A stretch of 64,000 nt of DNA from Octopus sinensis (Eukaryota): positions 57,288,001 to 57,352,000 of the forward strand of contig NC_042998.1 of assembly GCF_006345805.1 (NCBI RefSeq), given 5' to 3'. Below the pieces are notes generated by a model, which saw only the letters and a program-made list of their open reading frames with translations, was not told the DNA's origin and searched no databases. The position numbers were made by a program, and so were the translations under genes. Below, piece by piece: positions 11,477 through 26,250 of this stretch (the first letter of the stretch is position 1; each line of letters starts with the position of its first letter).

Positions 11477-14121
11477 ATTTAATAATGGTAATAATACTTT
11501 AAGATATTTATATACATGCATGCATATATATGTGTGTGTGTGTGTGTGTCCTACACACACTTGACAATCGGCATTAGGGTGTTTATGATCCCGGAACTTA
11601 GCAGTTCTGTATCAATTTAGCAAGCTTTTGGGTGTGCATGCATGCATGAGCGCCACAATCGAACAGCGGCAACCGGAAATCAAGCAGATGTCATTGTAAA
11701 ATGTACAAAATGTGGCCGCGTAACCATATCTTGCATTTGTATTTACACGCCCATAAATAATGGCTTCTAAAGTAGATAAGATTCGTTATGTGAAGGGAAA
11801 TAACATTTTGAAATTGAGTTGATGCACTTGAAATACAAATGAAACTAGAACGTAGTGTCCTAAATATTATATTAAGAAAGGCTACAATTTATGATATATA
11901 AAACAAATGAAAACTGTAAATTCTAGAATTTACAGCTTCATCTGAGCTTGGGGAAAAGTTGCCGGAAAAAAAATCATTTATCGCTCAGAAATAGAATAAT
12001 CCGATAACGTGTTGCATGAAATACTTTAAATCATTAGAACATAGTGTAGTTTCTGTGCCGACTCTTGTAAAGTATTTAAGGGGCTTGTGAACGCTGAATC
12101 TGCGTGCACATTTACCGATAGGCAGCTCAAGTATTTCAAAATTTTTCATGGTATTTGACAGATATTACTGGGGGAAACACAGTTGATACACATGTAGCAA
12201 CAAAATATAGGCGATAACTGAAGAAAAGTCTAACTAGGTATGTTCTCACAGGAGATCAAAGTTATAATTTTGGTGAAAATAAGAGCTTAGGGAAAGTGTT
12301 GTCTTACAAGAATTTAGAACAGAAACCAAGAATGAGATTATGCAATGTTAACTAAAGATCAATCATTCTTACCTGCACTAATGATTTTGATTAGCTTAAA
12401 ATTAAGCTTTTGGTTTGAGACAAATTTCGGTGCCCATAAACTGCTCATAGAATTGTGTACTTATCTGTAATTTAAGCAGTAATAAAGCTTGGAAAGCAGA
12501 AGTGTATTTTGCGATTGGTTCGTTCATAGTTCCAGTCCATCAGTTCATCACAACTTTAGGAAAATATAGAGTTTTTACTATCTCTCGACTACTGTAAATC
12601 CTGCAAAAATCAAAATTAGCGTCTGATGTGGAAAGTATTCATGCGTGCTCCTTACCACAAACTGTAATATCACTGATTCAGTCAAGGATAAAGAAGTCAC
12701 GAGAAACTTTGAATGGTACCACAAAATGATTTTATTAGAAATATAATGTGTAGGGATGTTAAGCTTTGAGAATTCTAAACTCATTTACCTTCAGATATCC
12801 AATATTTTCACTCGTGATTGCAATGAGTGCCGTCAAAGTATTTTTATGAGCGTAGCAAAAGTTACGGAGTAAGTGATTTTGTAGCTATCGAGTGCGATAA
12901 AGACAAAGACTTTTTAAAGGATTCCATGAAAAGTAGAGGGTGTACAAATTGCAAGAACAGATTGAGTGTCAAATTATCTCTTGAAGTCAACCTCCTATAT
13001 AAACTTAATATTGCTAACATAGACGCGTGGATACAACTCGCCAAGTAATCACACAACATATCAATTCTCTGTCTTCTCAGAAGATAGAAGAAAATTATTT
13101 AAAAAAATCTGGTGAAGAAGGTGACAAAGTTGATGTCTTTGCCTACTGCATCAAATTGCATTGTATTGTTTATGAAAGAGGTGGAAGCGAACAACAGCTT
13201 CCCTTTCCAAGACATCATGCATGAACACCTAGTTCAGAACAATCTTATGACACAGGAAAGTCATAAACATGGAAATATACGAAGGTATACTACCTTGTTG
13301 TAGAAAAAAAATCAATACAAGCGTAAAAGGGCGCAGTAGATGCAGTAAAAGCTACAGGTTTTCAATCTACAAACTGTACAGCACATGATACAGAAATGAA
13401 TAAATAAATATTTATTTGTTATTTTGTAATTCGTACTTTATACGAAAGTGTTTCGTTATTAAGTTAAAATAATCAATATGTATAAAATGACTGCTGCTCT
13501 CACTTGTTTAATCTATTTTTCTTTCCCGATGTTCATTTTAAAACAGGAATTCAAACGACATTTCTTGCCCCTTTCTTGATAATGAAAACTGTGTTTACAC
13601 TTTTGTCAAGTATTGATTTATTGAATTTTTAAATTCCTCATTTTGATAGATAAGACCTGATGAGGCATCGATGAAAAAAATTATGGAAATTGACCTGTCT
13701 ATCACTACTTTATTAACGAAAATCCAGATGATATGAAATTCCCGAAATACACAATTCTGCGAGTTCTGTAAATTTTCGAAGTTCTGTTTACATACATACA
13801 TACATACCTACATATAACATACATACATACATACATATGTATATATATATATACATATATACAAATATCACACAAAAATATTTTTCTTCTCCACTTCCTC
13901 CCTTATTTTATTTTTATTTTATTTTTATTTTTATTTTTTATTTTTTATTCTTTATATTTTTATTTATTCTTTATATTTTTTATTTTATTTTTATTTTTGT
14001 TTTATTTTATTTTATTTTATTTTTTTAATTTTTTTAATTTTTTATTTTATTATTATTATTTTTATTTTCCCTTTTCTCTTTTTGTCTCTCTCCCCTTCTC
14101 AAACACACAGACACCCACACA

Positions 14122-14160
<39 letters not shown>

Positions 14161-14392
14161 CACACACAGACACACAGAGACACACACACACACCACCTCC
14201 ACAGAATGATCATAGAAAGTGTGACCCCAAATGACATTGCCAGGCCAAACCTATGCACAACACACACTCAGTGACATTGAAATGGACAGCCAAAGTTCTT
14301 ATAAAACAAGGGGTCCAGCAGACCAACGGAAATAACACTTCTCACTCTCAGATCTAAATGCGCACACACACACCACACACACGCACCACAAC

Positions 14393-14423
<31 letters not shown>

Positions 14424-14656
14424 ACATATTTTTTCTCTGCCTCACTTCCTCCTCACCCACTACTACGAAACTATAAAAAGGTTCAAACTACCCACAACTG
14501 ATTTGATTTGAAAACCCACTAGAATGGGAGCAAGCGCTAATCCGAATGATATGATATATATGTAAAAAATGTAATATATAATAATATCTAAAATATGAAC
14601 CATCTGATCTGATACCTCAATTTTCTAATATATATATATATATTATTATATATATC

Positions 14657-14692
<36 letters not shown>

Positions 14693-16520
14693 GAGTGTGT
14701 GTGTGTGTGGAAATTAGTTGCCCAATGGATGCTAGCATAAAGCTGAAGACCAGTGAAAAAGAGAACACCTATGCTGAACTATTGAACTATTAATTCATCT
14801 CTATAGATAACTTACGACGTTTCCTACACGAATACATCTATGAAAAAATTACGACTGAAGATATAAAAACAGGTAATGGGTGTGTATATATGCATATTTC
14901 AAGAGTTATTGCGTTCTCATCAAGATCCATTCAACCCGTTAACTATACACAAACACATTGCTTAAATATGGAAATTGGTCTATCTAACTGTGTTTCACCG
15001 CTAAACTTATAGGTATTAAAGCTATGTGTTCGTGGACAGCAAATGGCTTGGATGTTGTGCTGAAGAAAGAGCAAAACATTTACCCCCACAGGAACGAGGA
15101 AAATTTAATATCTGTATCCTCATTGGGGAGGTGAGAGAGAAAGACGTCTTTCCTGGCTCAGACGAGAGTCTGTCAGTTACTATCATTTAACTAAATTTCA
15201 AATTTGTTTTCATTAGTTGTATTATGCAACTTCTTTCGATTATGAGGTATTTCAACAAAATTTAATCAATTCTATTCTCTATAGTTACTATTAGCTTTTA
15301 TGAATCGAATTATACCCTTTATTAAGCAACCATTTGCCGTCATCGAAAGGGAACATTTTCCACCGCATCCACCGCATCCCCTTCCACTACCGCGATCCTC
15401 CTCCTCCCCTCCTCCTCATCATCGTCGTCGCCATCGTCATCTTCATTGTATTCGTTGTTGTCATCAAATGTGTGTGTGTGTGTGTGTGTGGCACTGAGTG
15501 CAGCTGCAATAAATTAGCACGATATCATATACGTTTCAGGCAGTTTCGTTACCGAAAAGTTTACATTGCTTAAAGATACATTCCTAGTGATGACGTCTTA
15601 TGATTTCACGTCCTACTTATGGTTCCAAAATAAGATCTTATGAAGATAGAACAAGAAGCCTCTAACAAGTACTTGTTAGGCGCTGTATAGTCGAATGCTT
15701 AGTAAATCGACAAGGTTCCATATTTGATGCCAATGAAGCACCCTAGGCAATTATCTGTTTTCTAAAGCTCCACATTGGTTCATATCTTTGTGAGTGAAAT
15801 TGTGTCGCTGGAAACTGTGTCACATTGATTCTGCCTAGGAATTACGTTAAGAGTATACGTGCTTGTGGAATTTTCAGCTTCATATACGTTCACTCAGGAA
15901 TAGATAATCCAGTTTATTGAACAACTGAATTCTCTTTGTCGAACAACGGAGATCCACCAGCACCACTAATTCTTGTTGGCAAAAGGATTTTCAATGCACA
16001 AATGAAATCTCAAATCTTTTGATTTCGTAAAAGAACAAAGTAAATACAGATAGGTAGATATTCGTACTCAGCTTAGCCATGGTCAGGAAGACGCGTAATT
16101 AAAATATAAATTCTAACCATGACGATCACGTGTTATTTTACACATATTGCACTTTCAACTATATTATCAACTACGTCCTTTAGTTCCATGCAACTTAACT
16201 CTAAGAATGATATGACATAAAAAACATTAAAAAGCTATTTATTATTTCATAACAGTTTCAATAAATGATTTATACTTATTTTCCAAAGTATTCCATATGA
16301 TTTTCCACTTGAGGGTGTTTACGTGTTTTAAATATTTACATACTTTTTAATATGTTCGGTGAGACCGATGTAAATTAACAGAAGCTGAGTTCTGGTTTTT
16401 CAGTAATGTTTTAACAAAACCACGTAAGTTGAGATATGTTTCTAATCTTTGTTTCGTGCATGTACTGCATATACACTACCCAGTGAATTGTGATAACTTC
16501 TACGATAACTGAAGAAGCAG

Positions 16521-16751
16521 AAGGTGGCGGGCTGGCAGAAACCTTAACATGCCGGGCGAAATGCGTAGCCTTATTTCGTCTGCCGTTACGTTCAGAGTTC
16601 AAATTCCTCCGAGGTCGACTTTGCCTTTCATCCTTTCGGGATCGATAAATTAAGTACCAGTTACGCATTGGAGACGATGTAATCGACTTCATCCGTTTGT
16701 CTGTCTTTGTTTGTCCCCTCTATGTTTAACCCCTTGTGGGTTTTAAAGAAA
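16521..16751 (+). mobile_element. SINE family A copy
   Basis: AAGGTGGCGGGCTGGCAGAAACCTTAAC...GAGTTCAAATTCC...CCCTTGTGGG..TAAAGAAA, matching 25473. Confidence 0.9.
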
Positions 16752-16922
16752 CAGACAACTGAGAAGCAAGAAAAGCCTGCTAGAGTCTAAGGAAAAAGAG
16801 TTTGGACTTTTCACAGTAGATTCAATACTACTCGATATGGCTGGAGGGAACAGCACTGCGGGAAGCAAAATCTTTGTGATTTTCATTTCAATGCACAGGA
16901 AGGGAATGTCCCACAATTAGAG

Positions 16923-17026
<104 letters not shown>

Positions 17027-17084
17027 GTATGTATATGTTTTCTTTTTTTAGGTTCAGTTCAGAGCTGCGGCCATGCTGATGCAC

Positions 17085-17126
<42 letters not shown>

Positions 17127-17135
17127 CATATATTT

Positions 17136-17425
17136 GTGGCCCAGTGGTTAGGGCAGCGGACTTGCGGTTTCGATTTCGAGACCGGGCGTTGTGTGTGTTT
17201 ATTGAGCGAAAATGCCTAAAGCTCCACGAGACTTCAGCAGGGGGTGACGGTGACCCCTGTTGTACTATTTCGCCCAACTTGCTCTCGCTTTTTTTTCCTG
17301 TTTCTTGAGTAACGCTGCGATGGACTGGCGTCTCGTCCAGCTGGTGGTGATGGTGGTGGGGGGAACGCATGCCATAGAAACCGGGAAACCGGGCCTGACT
17401 AGGCTTGAAAAGAGCGCATAAATTA
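17136..17425 (+). mobile_element. SINE family C copy with a second tail type
   Basis: The head matches 2094 and 46051; the tail (GAGTAACGCTGCGATGGACTGGCG...AAACCGGG) is different. Confidence 0.85.
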
Positions 17426-18194
17426 AATAAATAAAGAAATATGTATGTGTGCATGTATGTATGTATGTAACCTAGTCTTGGTTTGCGAAATGTTGAGAAT
17501 GTCATGTGATGTAATAGCCATGATGCTAGAAACACAATACAATAGACCATTAGTATTTGATTATTTGCTTGTCAGTTATTCCCCAATGATATTTTCACGC
17601 TGTCTGCTTTGGAATCATACAAGTTTTGCAACGGAAAAATATGACAACTTGCAAGACATTGGTATTCAAATATACATGTGTGTGTGTGTGTGCGTGTGCA
17701 TAAGTGTTTGTGTGCATGTGGGCATGTGCGTGTGCATAAGTGTTTGTGTGCGTTTGTGTGTGAGAGAGAAAAAGAGTGCATGCATATTTAGGTGTTCATA
17801 TAGGTATATGTGTTTGTGTGTATGTGTGTGTGTGTATTTATATATGCATATACAAATGCGTGTGTCTGTATACGTATGTGTATGTTCGTGTGCATTTGAT
17901 GAACAAAGTAGAAAATATAAATCATTGGAGCTGTGAAAGTTGTGAAACTGAATGATGTTTAAATTGGCAATTAGTTTTAAAAACTTGAGTACAAGGATGA
18001 GAATAAAACCCTAATAATAGAGATTTCTACTTTCAACACAATTCTACAAATTTGGAAATAGGTACATACGATTGAAAAAATTCCAGCAATTTACTGCTAT
18101 TTAGTTCATTTGCTGCGGGCTCTTGGAAAGAAGAGCAAAACAGCAAAAATACTTATTAAAGAGAAGACATGACTGTGTTATTGAGAAGCTCATA

Positions 18195-18445
18195 TTGCAA
18201 CCACGTGGCTTAGGATTCAGTTTCACTATGCGCCACCTTGGGCAAGTGTTCCTACTATAGACTCGAGCCGATCGATGACTTGTGAATTTGGTAGATGGAA
18301 ACTGTGTTGAGTATGTGTGTGTGTGTGCCTGTGTGTGTGTGTGTGTATGTTATTGCTTATTCCTTGCAACGCTTGGCAACCACTGTCGGTTTGTTTATAT
18401 ATCTGTAACCTAGCGTTTCAGCAAATAAGCTTCGACCAATCACTG
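18195..18445 (+). mobile_element. SINE family D copy (degenerate)
   Basis: CCACGTGGCTTAGGATTCAGTTTCACTATGCGCCACCTTGGGCAAGTG...TTTGGTAGATGGAAACTG, homologous to 2714-3120. Confidence 0.8.
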
Positions 18446-18454
18446 AATCAAATC

Positions 18455-18785
18455 AAGTATAAAACAATAAAATAATATCAAACCAACCATAGCCGAGTGG
18501 TTTAGCAGTTACATTCGCAATCACGACATCCCTGTTCAGCCTTAATATATATATAAATAAATATATATATATAATGTATATATAACAGGAAAAAAAAAAA
18601 TATATATGTATATATATATATATATATATATACATATTTATACGTATATGAATATATTTCCATATATACGTACGTGTGGTATAAGATGTCATACTTAGGG
18701 CTGAACAGGGATGTCGTGATTGCGAATGTAACTGCTAAACCACTCGGCTATGGTTGGTTTGATATTCTTTTATTGTTTTATACTA
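18455..18785. repeat. Foldback: ~90-bp inverted arms (18455-18545 / 18693-18785) around a TA-rich spacer
   Basis: AAACCAACCATAGCCGAGTGGTTTAGCAGTTACATTCGCAATCACGACATCCCTGTTCAGCC is present as an exact reverse complement; the arms differ at only a few bases. Confidence 0.95.
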
Positions 18786-18787
18786 TG

Positions 18788-18823
<36 letters not shown>

Positions 18824-20477
18824 GATAGGCGAAGGCGTGGTTGTAGGGTATGAAGCTTGCCTCTCAACCACATGATTCTGGGTTCAGTCCCACCGTGTAT
18901 TTGGTAGACGGAAAATGAAAGAAGATCGTCGTATTTGTTTGTGTGTGTGTGTGAAAGTATTTATTGATCTGCCTCAATCAATGAAATCTATGTTCCAAGG
19001 CGTTCTATTTTTAACCTTTTCATTTTTGATTCATATATACTTTAGCATGAATTGAGGGTAATTCTGTTGCTATATCTATCCGGTTGAGCAACTCCATAGA
19101 GACTCACATACGTTACTTGCAATAATTTCATGGCTATTTAGCACCAGGATAGATTACGTTGAAAAATATTTCATACCGTGCTCTTTCTAAATATAACGTA
19201 TGTCTGAATCTACAATATCGTATGCGTCTTCTTTTATAAGATGGTGGGTTGTGATTTGAGGAAAATTTGGCTGTTATCACTTCCAGATTCAACTACAATA
19301 TACGAGCATCTGCGTTGCGTTTTGTGTTGTAATTTGCAGATGGAGAAGAATATGGATGCATACAGCCTGTTGCTGATGTATAAAATTAAGTTAATACAGG
19401 AATATGTAAAATACTAGTGAGATGAAAGAGCTTTACATTCAAAATAGAACAAAATTCGTTTTGGAAAATGGCAACCAAAGGAACACAAGGAAGAAGACAG
19501 AAGAAATCAGAAATAATTTTTCTTTTGGTAGGGTGAATGAAAGTAGAAGTATACGAGTAGGTGCAGAAAAATTACTGGAGGATCAGTTAATTATTATTTT
19601 ATTCAATATATTCCCCTCTCAGATTCACACATTTACTACAGCGGTCCTTCAGTTTTTCTGAGCCTTGTAAGTTTGGGCCTCCAATCAGGCCTTTCGCGAT
19701 ACTGTTAAAGCCAGGAAAGTTTCGGCACCATCTCGTATATTACATGATGATGGAAAAGAAAGTATTACTTGTTACGTTTAGCCATGGCAACGTGTAGCTT
19801 ATACGCATATAGAAAAGATATATATTACGAAATATTACAATAATACTTCTAGGGGAAAATGTTTGGTTGAGAAGAAAGGGGGAAGTCTGTTAATGGCAAG
19901 AATGAAGTGAAAATATTAAGTGTTTCGTGTTTGGAAGGAAATATATAAGGCAGAAATGTTCTGCAGACCTGTTTTTGAGAATAAAATTGTGAGCAAAAAA
20001 AAAAAGTAGAGGGAAAGCTGTTTACTGACATTGATTACAGAAATCTACTGAAGAACAAAAAGTAATTAGGAATCAAAAGAATGTTTAAAGAAAAAAAAAA
20101 GTAATTAAAATTTTGAGACAAATGAGATACCTTTCATGATCTGAAATATACATTTCAGATTTTGGGAAATACGCTAATTAGTGGATTTATTAATTAATTA
20201 CCCGAAATGTTATGTCTCCTGTCATAACTAGGAATGATTTATTGTATACCGGTTCAACACTATTTAATTGGAGCCAAGTATATCCATTTATGAGCATCAA
20301 AGGGATTTTGTAGGTAATTTTTCATTCTAATCACTTCATAAAGTTACTGGGTGATATTTCCATACATAATTAACTGTTTCTAACTAAACTGATATTGAGT
20401 CGCAACAAACTTACAGCCAATTCCCACCACCAACAACCACCGCCACTACCAGCTTCTCCACTATCCCCAAGGGTTTT

Positions 20478-20822
20478 TGTCGATCAAATCGACTCCAATT
20501 CTTTCTGTTTTCTTTTTCTTTTTTCTTTGTAAGTCTGCTACTTGTCCTAGCGTTCTTTCTTCAGAAACGCTATGTTACTGGAGCGTAAACAAGCCAACCC
20601 TGTTGTCAAGCGGTGCTGACGGACAAATCCAGTCACAAAGACAAACACACAAATACGCGCACGTATGCACGCAAAAGTTTCCGTCTACCAAATCCATTCA
20701 AAAGGTTTTGTTCGGCTCTAGGCTATAGTAAAAGACATTTGCCCAAACTTCCACGCCATGGAACTAAATCTGAAACGATGTGGTTAAGAAGCAAGCTTCT
20801 TACCACACAGCTGCACCAGTAG
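20478..20822 (-). mobile_element. SINE family D copy
   Basis: GTTTCCGTCTACCAAATCC...CTTACCACACAGC, homologous to 2714-3120. Confidence 0.85.
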
Positions 20823-23800
20823 AATACTTGACAAAAGGGCACACATTTTCTCCCTTTCTTTTACTGCTTAAATCCCTTTTCTTTTCTTTTTACAATGCTT
20901 GTAAATATCACACAAACATACCCGAATACGACATAAATATCATTAGAGGATTACAGACATCTAAATCAACTTAATTATATTTATTCTGGACAGATTCATA
21001 TTTATTCAGAATTCATTAAGTTATTTCGTTCACCGTTTACTTTCATATCGTTATAGTTTAATATTTTAATGAGTGTGTTTCGTATTGTAAATTATAGTCC
21101 ATACTGACAGCATACTGATGTAATACATGGCCGTAACAATTAGTTATAATTTACAATACATGATATCTAACAGTATTGCATTCTTTTTGCAACATTCTCG
21201 AAACTGTCAGTCGCATTAGTAGTAAGTTTTATTGTCACTGGAATGTGTTGGTTTAAATATTGATAAGGTTCGTGTGTACGTGAAAATGACTGAGTTAGAG
21301 AATATGTGTGCGTATTAGAGTGGGAGAGGGGAAGGGGTGAGAGATTGGAAGAAAGGAAGACAGAAAACGAGTGAAAAAAGAGAGAAAAACAGGGAAAGAG
21401 AGGAAAATGAGGAGAGGGGAAAACAGAAAGAGAAGGAGAAAGAAGTTATGAGAGATAGAGAGAAAGGGAGGAAAAGAAAGAGATAGAGAAAGAAATTTAA
21501 AATTTGATCGATTGGCTCATATATACGTCGATGTTGATACGTTAATATAACCATCTTATTTAAATTTTATCTTCAGCTTGGAGGAAAATATGTGTGTGTG
21601 TTGTAGTGTGTGCGTGTGTGTGCGTGTGTGTGTGTGTGCGCGTGCGCGCGTGCGTGTGTATGTGTGCGTGCGTGTGTGTTTGCGATTACTGACCATAGAA
21701 GTGAGAAAATGGTTTGTTGTGAAACGAAGTCGACAAGTCGCCTGAATTTCTCTGTCTGCCACCCACAGACGCCATGTCTGTTTACAAATCCTGCTTTTCA
21801 GGATGTCTGAAAAGTATGAATCTATGTCATCGCTAAACCATAAATTGTGGGAAATAAAGCCATCAAGATTGCAAGGAATTTTATTATCAACTGAAATACT
21901 GTGCTAAGTCAATGTAAATGGAAATGTTAATAAAATAGTTTGAAAATCAATAAAATCAATCTTCGATATTAAAAAAGGAGCCATCAGCATCTCTGGTGGT
22001 CATCTTGGAAGTGTGTGTTCTCTAATGTTTATTTTTATTGTATCAATATTATAGATCTATTATAGCTTCCAGTTATAAATTCACAAATATCTACTAGACT
22101 TATACTCTGTGGACAACATAGCAATTGGAAAACAATGAAATAACAAAGATAGGAAAAATAAGAAGAATCTCCACTAACATTCCGTATGTGGTGTGCACAA
22201 AATAACAATTACCAACAGGCCAGATATAATTTTAGCAAATATGAAAATATTTCTAAATAACTCGCGTGGATTATTAATATTGTATATCAAGTTTCAATGA
22301 TAATATCATTTATGATACACCACAGGGGAAATCGTGAAAGCACAGCAGTTAGATTTTAAAATGTTTGATAGGAGAGAATGCATGGGAAAGAGTGTAACTA
22401 TAATTTTTGGTAAATAGGCAACGGAATTACTGGAATTGAATGTCAGATGAGCTAGGTACTTGAACTAATGATAACCCATTGAAAACAATGACCCATATTT
22501 CTAAATATATTTGATGAATATCAGTTATGCTCATTCTTTAATAATCTCAATTAATTTCATACCCGGCAATAATTTCTCGAATAATATCCGGTTTGGATTC
22601 TTAAATACTACGCATACGAATTTATATATATATCACCTCATAGCATAGTTTATTGATGCATTGGTAATTTTTGCTCTGGCATATTTTGCTCTGGCACCAA
22701 AGTCTTGCATTGTATACGATTGCCCAGTTGCTGATTTTATACTAGTAACATTTCCTTATGAGTTACAAGTAGCAATTCAAGAAGGACAGCAAACAAGCAG
22801 CCACTTAATTCTTGATAACTATCGCAACTTTGAAACTAAGTTTCCATCATCTCTGATATCTAAATAGTGCAGCTCAAAGCCATTACTTAGTTTCAAATAT
22901 CAAGCGATACTTGGAGCAGATGTTGTTGTTGAAAAACAATTTCATTGTATGACATTGTATGACATTTAGCAACAGAATATTTACAAATTGTGGAAGCGTC
23001 TGTATTTCAAATTTGTTGAGCTTCATCTATCAGGATTACTGTTTGCTTGTAACTGTGACAAATCACACACTCACCCTAAGGCATATGCACTTTACAATCA
23101 TTGTGCTAAGTACTAGTTCTTAAAGTTCTGAGTTTCTATTAAAAGCAGACTTTATCCAATGACCGATTCTTTATAAAGTTCTCTGAAATGTTATATGATA
23201 GTATTTCTTCATAAGTGCTGTATTATTTCCTTTAACAGGAGAGTTTGTTCCTTCCGTGGGTGAATAAGTAACACTAAGTTGCAGTATAATCGGCTTGGGC
23301 AAAACATTAAAATATAAACAGTGATGAAAATACAGCTTGGGAGTTCCAAAATTTTAGGGATCATTGCTTCCAAGTCTACTCTGACTCGGAGTAGCGGTAC
23401 ATTCAGAGACTCTAATTATGGGTGAAACAATAGATGGTCTTATGGCTAAAGTATACAGTACTCGGAAAACTTCTCATACAAAGGTTCACTATGAGACAGT
23501 TCCTGATGTCATATGAACCAGCCCTCCGTAAATAGCCCCTGTAATTCAAGAGTAAACTCGATAGAGAAGAAGGATAGAAGAGGAAATTATAAACTGACAG
23601 AACACAACGAAAATATATTGCAGCACCTGACTTTGAGAACTCATGAATCTTCAGACGTTGTCCATGATTAACGATGCTTGTAGGTATGGCACATGAAAAA
23701 ATGGGGAGAACGGGAGAGGAAAAGAGAAGAGAGGGAGGGGACAGAAAGGAGTTGTAATAAATAGGTTTAAATATTTATTAAAATAATGATTTAGGAAAAT

Positions 23801-24934
23801 ATGAAGTATTATTTATCAGTCACGTCTTAGATAATGTCCATATAAATAACAAAAGAAAAGAAAGCACTGAGAATATTTCCTTGCAGAAGTTTTAATAACA
23901 TTGATACCATGTCTTCTCTATTCTTCCAGACACGTATGATTGGTTAAAATTTACTGACATTTATTTATTGAAAAATATCTAAGCATACGTTGAAATTATC
24001 ACTGCATACACAGATCGATAATATGACTTTGACAACGCCAACGCATATTCATGCGTTCGAGTTTTATTAATGAGTTTAATATCTTTGATGTCAGACGAAT
24101 CACGAAAAGTGTATGTATAAAATTGAATAAATTCAATAGATTCGTCACTAAAACGTAAATTGTTTATAAAATAGCTTTTGCCATGAATATTTCTGATATA
24201 ACGAAGTTTATGATGCCACTGTTGTTGTGGATTCTGTTTAACCCTAATCAACTTCGCTGGAATTGATTTATGGTCAAAGACGCTCCAACCTCGAACATCC
24301 GATTTTTATACTTGATCTATATTATTGTGTGTTTGTCTCAAACCTTTAGCGTAACAAGAGAGGCAAAATTTGGTTGGCTTCTATTTCTAAGCGGTCAAGC
24401 GTCGATGTAGAGGTAAGCTTATTGATTTGAAAAACCTCTGATTTTTATGGGGAGATGTTCAGAAGATGTTTATAACAACGCAAGTGTTAAATGTATATTT
24501 GTATATTTAATGAGACTGTATTTGTATATTTAATTGAGCTCTATTATTTCTGATAGTCTAAAGGAGAAGAGTAATGTGTGAGAAGAAAAGCAATTATTGG
24601 TGATACACAAGGAGTGGGAAAGAAAAAAACATGAGTTTTTAATTCCCTAGCGTTGTTTTTTCAATTCATTTAAAATATCTAATATTTTAAATTCCTCGGA
24701 GAAAATGTTTGACTCTCACACCATTATAACTGTATTATAAAGAAATAAATAATTAAAGGAATAAATAAAACTCATTAATCATGAAAATAGTCTAGTTACT
24801 CAAGCTGAACTTCTCAGCGAGTAATACTGAGGGGAAGGAGTTAGTCAACTATATTCCAATACTTGAATGGGACTTTAAATTATTGATCCCGGAGTATTGA
24901 AAGGTAAATTTGACCTCGACAGAATTTGAACCCG

Positions 24935-24968
<34 letters not shown>

Positions 24969-25472
24969 AAAAAAACCGTAGAAATACCACAAAACATTTT
25001 GTCCAACGCTTTAACGATTCTGTCAGACTACCATCATCGTATTGTTGTTAATACACTCCATGACTTTGCACCTAAAACCTCCTTTAAATTTCTCATAGTA
25101 AAAAGTCGGCAACTGGATTTATCAGCCAAGGCATCACTGCAGAACGTAGGTGTCGCGTAATATGTTTGGGATATTCAAAATAAAAATGGAAAATGAAAAT
25201 AAACAAAACGTTCTTAAAATTAATAAATTAAAATAAATACTTGATTTTTATATTTGTAGCTCTTTGTTCAATTTAAAAAATATTGAAAGGGAGCCAAGAC
25301 TCAGCTACCTTACAACTAGTCCTGATAAAACGACTTTATTAATGTCTCGTAGAAAAAAGGGAAAAGAAGAAAATCCTTTTAATGTTTCAGATTATGAAGA
25401 CTGTTTTTCTGAGATATACCAACCCCTTTTTTTCAACCAATTAGAAATCCTAACATACTATAATATGGATGG

Positions 25473-25707
25473 ATAGGGCGGCGAGCTGGCAGAAACGTTA
25501 GCACGCCGGGCGAAATGCGTAGCCGTATTTCGTCTGTCGTTACATTCTGAGTTCAAATTCCGCCTCGGTCGACTTTGCCTTTCATCCTTTCGGGGTCGAT
25601 AAATTAAGTACCAGTTTCGCACTGGGGTCGATGTAATCGACTTAATCCCTTTGTCTGTCTTTGTTTGTCCCCTCTATGTTTAGCCCATTGTGGGTAGTAA
25701 AGAAATA
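25473..25707 (+). mobile_element. SINE family A, full copy with 14-bp TSD
   Basis: Direct repeat TATAATATGGATGG at 25459-25472 and 25708-25721 flanks the element. Confidence 0.92.
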
Positions 25708-26250
25708 TATAATATGGATGGTTTTTTCGATAGAAGAATACTTTTCTCTAAGAATTTTTGTTTGTAATTATATACTGAATTAACTTGGCCTTAATGAGCT
25801 AAGGATCGATTGTCTGCGGGGTCGTTGGAGTCGCTAAGTATATAAGCCAATTTCCTCTCCAATGACACCATACCATGTTCATTTGGCCTTTTAAATTCAT
25901 TACTCTTAGAAGCCATAATCAGAATATCCCGGCATTTTTCAGAGTCATTGGAACTAAATGCCTTTCATACTGGTATGGCGAATCAGTGTAAATGTATACG
26001 AAAGGTCAACCCTTCTCCAAACGATATGATAATCAAGCATAATAACTATGTTGTTCTTGCACCAAGTTTTTGCGATTTACATAGAAATGGTGTACTGGAA
26101 GAAATATTGCCTGGTTGAAAAGGCAAAGGCGCGAATATTACCATGGAAATAATTACTTTAAAACGAATAAGAAGAAATAACGAAATTTTGTTTAAAATAT
26201 AAATCAGGAAATACAGAATTACTTCAATCATAGTTTTGCATTCAGTAATA

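Noticed and set aside
13657-13680. CTGATGA...GAAA as a hammerhead
   Set aside because: There is no pairing stem II or stem III and no RUH triplet.
23013-23040. Minus-strand VILIDEAQQ as a Walker B of a helicase pseudogene
   Set aside because: A stop follows immediately and I found no convincing Walker A or other motifs in register.
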